From sequence record PZ452578.1: 64,000 nt of DNA. The stretch is one strand, 5' to 3'. Below the pieces are notes generated by a model. It ran no database searches. It saw nothing but the letters and a program-made list of their open reading frames with translations, and was not told the DNA's origin. The number at the start of each line of letters is the position of its first letter. Position 1 is the first letter of the stretch. The position numbers were made by a program, and so were the translations under genes. This stretch comes from a phage. Shown in pieces: positions 61,631 through 64,000 of this stretch.

Positions 61631-62383
61631 TTAATCAACTGCTATCGGATGAATAGCATTAAACTTATGAAATGCTTCTGATTTTTCTTTGCGCGAAACA
61701 CACATGCGAAGAACCTTTAATGGCTCGTCTTCTTCACCCAACGATTTTCGTTTTTCAATATTAGAAGTTTTCCAACGAGCTTGCTCTGGAAACTCTCTAT
61801 TGATTTGCTCAAGCGCTCTATTATGTTTAGAATTACTACGAATTGAACTGCACCCGCCAGGAGCTTGTGCTTTTCCAGATACAACCAGATATTTGAACAA
61901 GGCCAAATGCGGATAACCTTGATTAATTAAATTGAGAAATGCATACATATCTTCGCACAAATCAATTTTTCCATACCCAATTTGTTCTGTCGTAAGTTTT
62001 CCAAGGTCATACCATGTATTCGTGAATCCATATGAATTTTCACGATAATTACCCCAAGATGAAGTAATTTTAAAAATTGGTAGACGAGCATGACCGTGAT
62101 AATACCCACAATCCATGGCATCCTCAACATATTGAATCAATTCATAGAACTGTTCACGAGTCAATTGATTGACTTTATCTACGCAACGACGATCATCTCT
62201 TTTTCGCATTGAACTCATACGAATAGTAGTATCATCGTCAATCATCCAGATTCGTTGACCTGCATACATATCAGTAATTGCTTTACGAGTACCGGCAATT
62301 CCGTTTACATCATCAGGAATAGTTACAATTTTAGCTCTAGACCCATAGGCATCATAATAAGCTTTTTCTTCGTGTTCACGCAC
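61631..62383 (-). CDS. putative DNA glycosyltransferase, GT-A fold with DDD motif (250 aa as annotated; GTG start)
   Basis: Occupies the T4 beta-gt locus between uvsX and 42 but is not T4 beta-gt by sequence; IWMIDDDTT DxD-like motif; starts at GTG with no SD. Confidence 0.55.
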   Translation of the reverse strand: MREHEEKAYYDAYGSRAKIVTIPDDVNGIAGTRKAITDMYAGQRIWMIDDDTTIRMSSMRKRDDRRCVDKVNQLTREQFYELIQYVEDAMDCGYYHGHARLPIFKITSSWGNYRENSYGFTNTWYDLGKLTTEQIGYGKIDLCEDMYAFLNLINQGYPHLALFKYLVVSGKAQAPGGCSSIRSNSKHNRALEQINREFPEQARWKTSNIEKRKSLGEEDEPLKVLRMCVSRKEKSEAFHKFNAIHPIAVD

Positions 62384-62472
62384 TACAATATGGGTTCATA
62401 ATCAGTCGGAAACATATCAAGGGCAGAAACTGCCCCAACACGCTGATAACTTGGAATTACGAATTGAATCAT
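62383..62472 (-). pseudogene. 28-codon ORF encoding a GT-A N-terminal motif (MIQFVIPSYQR...), likely frameshifted 5' end of the glycosyltransferase
   Basis: ATG 62472 overlaps gene 42 stop; TAG at 62383-62385 overlaps the GTG of the 250-aa ORF by 1 nt. Confidence 0.45.
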
Positions 62473-63209
62473 TTCCACTCACCTTTATAGTCTTTTTTCA
62501 CAATATGAGTTTCGCCCGTATTCCACCAATGATCAACCAAGTAAAAATGACGAGAATATACATGAAGACTTCCAACATTCCATATAATAGAACCTGCTTT
62601 ATACTGACGAGTTGAATCGCCTGCATTCAAATCAGATACTAATTTATCTAATACGTATTTTTGCCATGCATAATCATTACGGAATCCGAAGACCACGTCA
62701 TTTGAGCGCATGCTTACTACTGCATTGACTTTCTTGTCACGAATCAGATACTGTACGGTATTCGTACACATGAAATCTGACATACCGTCTTTATTATAGT
62801 CAAACTGCATAGATGGACGAGTATAAATCATGATACCACGTCGAGAATCAGGATTTTGACCAAGTTCAGCTAAACACATATCATACTGGGCATAGTTATC
62901 TTCTGACCAGATAGCCCAACCATAATTCGAGTTAATTTCACCTTTAGAAGATGCTACTTGTTGCCAAATCTTCGGTGTTTCACCCGGAATATCTTTAACG
63001 AACAAGCTCTTAGATTTATACCATTCAAGTTCACGCTGAATGTATTCATCATTAAGAGCGCCAAAAATAAACGGTTCATCTGCTACAAATGATGCGCCAA
63101 TAATTTCAATAGTTTTAACACCAGTTTTATCAACTACGAAATCTTTTTCCTTTAATGCAGTTCCCAAATAAAAACGGATTTCTTCAACTGTCATAGAGTC
63201 ATTAATCAT
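62469..63209 (-). CDS. 42: dCMP hydroxymethylase gp42 (246 aa)
   Basis: Sequence recognised as T4 gp42. Confidence 0.9.
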   Translation of the reverse strand: MINDSMTVEEIRFYLGTALKEKDFVVDKTGVKTIEIIGASFVADEPFIFGALNDEYIQRELEWYKSKSLFVKDIPGETPKIWQQVASSKGEINSNYGWAIWSEDNYAQYDMCLAELGQNPDSRRGIMIYTRPSMQFDYNKDGMSDFMCTNTVQYLIRDKKVNAVVSMRSNDVVFGFRNDYAWQKYVLDKLVSDLNAGDSTRQYKAGSIIWNVGSLHVYSRHFYLVDHWWNTGETHIVKKDYKGEWK

Positions 63210-63216
63210 TTAAACC

Positions 63217-63366
63217 TCAATTGATGCATTCATATTTAAATTGTAACAGTAATAAACCCCACCCTATGATAAGAGTTGGAATCATAGCAGGAACTGTTAC
63301 GCTATAGTATATACTTATTATAACCATCAAGATTAAAAGCAACACTGCTATAATTTTGCTTTTCAT
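63217..63366 (-). CDS. small hydrophobic membrane protein (49 aa)
   Basis: ATG 63366 overlaps imm stop (ATGA); stop 7 nt before gene 42 ATG; below track cutoff. Confidence 0.4.
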   Translation of the reverse strand: MKSKIIAVLLLILMVIISIYYSVTVPAMIPTLIIGWGLLLLQFKYECIN

Positions 63367-63614
63367 TCTTTCTCTCTGATGATAATTACCTGATTTGGCT
63401 GTACAGACTTTTTAGTTTCACCTGCAATTGACCAAATAAATGTAATAAACCAACCAATAATTGACCAGTTAAACAGTAAAGACGTGAAAAAGATTCCTAC
63501 TGTCGATTTTGACCCACGCATCAAGGCGATAAACCATGGAAGCATGTATATAATAATAGCCAACACGCCTGAAACTAAAACCATAAAAATTGAACCTGCT
63601 ACTAAAGTTTCCAT
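63363..63614 (-). CDS. imm: immunity (superinfection exclusion) membrane protein Imm (83 aa)
   Basis: 83 aa, two hydrophobic segments, position upstream of 42 as in T4. Confidence 0.75.
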   Translation of the reverse strand: METLVAGSIFMVLVSGVLAIIIYMLPWFIALMRGSKSTVGIFFTSLLFNWSIIGWFITFIWSIAGETKKSVQPNQVIIIREKE

Positions 63615-63621
63615 GTTTTCC

Positions 63622-64000
63622 TCACTTAGTCAAATTTTTTACACATGAATTATAAGAATTCACTACATACTCCATCGGAGCATTTTTACCAGTACGCCAT
63701 TGGTAATTATTAGCCCAATTAGCCCAAATTTCGGCGCAGTAGTTTTCAATTTTTTCTTCGCGTGTAATTACATCAGAATTACGATATGCTTGAGCAGATT
63801 CATCTGGACGAATAGCCTCGTCAAAATTCGCCTGCATTTGTTCTACTGTCTGTTTTGGAGCTTCTTTATAACACTTGACATTAGGATTATAAAACTTGCT
63901 TGAACAGTTTACAATTTTTCCTACATCAGACTGATTTACTACCGGTCCTTGAGCTACACAACCAGTAAGACCTAATGCAATAACTAAAATAGCGATTTTC
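63622..64000 (-). CDS. putative lipoprotein, partial (5' end beyond window)
   Basis: Frame of track ORF 63622..63837 stays open to the window edge and encodes ...KIAILVIALGLTGC lipobox. Confidence 0.45.
   Translation of the reverse strand, partial: KIAILVIALGLTGCVAQGPVVNQSDVGKIVNCSSKFYNPNVKCYKEAPKQTVEQMQANFDEAIRPDESAQAYRNSDVITREEKIENYCAEIWANWANNYQWRTGKNAPMEYVVNSYNSCVKNLTK

Overview
This 64-kb window reads as a T-even (T4-like, Tequatrovirus-type) coliphage genome segment, in reverse-complement orientation relative to the standard T4 map. All gene names and T4 protein lengths are assigned from my memory of T4 proteins and gene order; no database search or computation was run. Most genes are early/middle genes on the minus strand: rIII, 31, cd, pseT, 63/rnlA, denA, nrdB, nrdA, td, frd, 32, 59, 33, dsbA, rnh, then asiA, arn, motA, 52, ac, stp, ndd, denB, rIIB, rIIA, 39, motB, dexA, dda, srd, modA, modB, soc, 56, 61, sp, dmd, 41, 40, uvsX, a glycosyltransferase, 42 and imm. 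A plus-strand late block (19983-30513) carries the long tail fibre genes 34-35-36-37-38 and holin t, with TATAAATA late promoters. I found no rRNA, tRNA or CRISPR. Differences from T4 as I remember it: td and nrdB are uninterrupted (no introns), no homing endonuclease genes are evident, gene 39 is unsplit (606 aa), gp38 is a glycine-rich adhesin of the T2/T6 type, gp37 carries a C-terminal intramolecular-chaperone-like domain, the beta-gt locus holds a different GT-A-fold glycosyltransferase that appears frameshifted, and the 56-61 interval lacks a dam-sized ORF. The most interesting signals are that glycosyltransferase, a 48-bp direct repeat flanking a 118-aa gene in the 61.x anti-defence region, tandem paralogue sets (ac-like, motB-like, 75/76-aa, 85-aa), and repeated promoter/stem-loop modules. 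Coordinates of promoters and hairpins are hand-indexed and may be off by a base or two.
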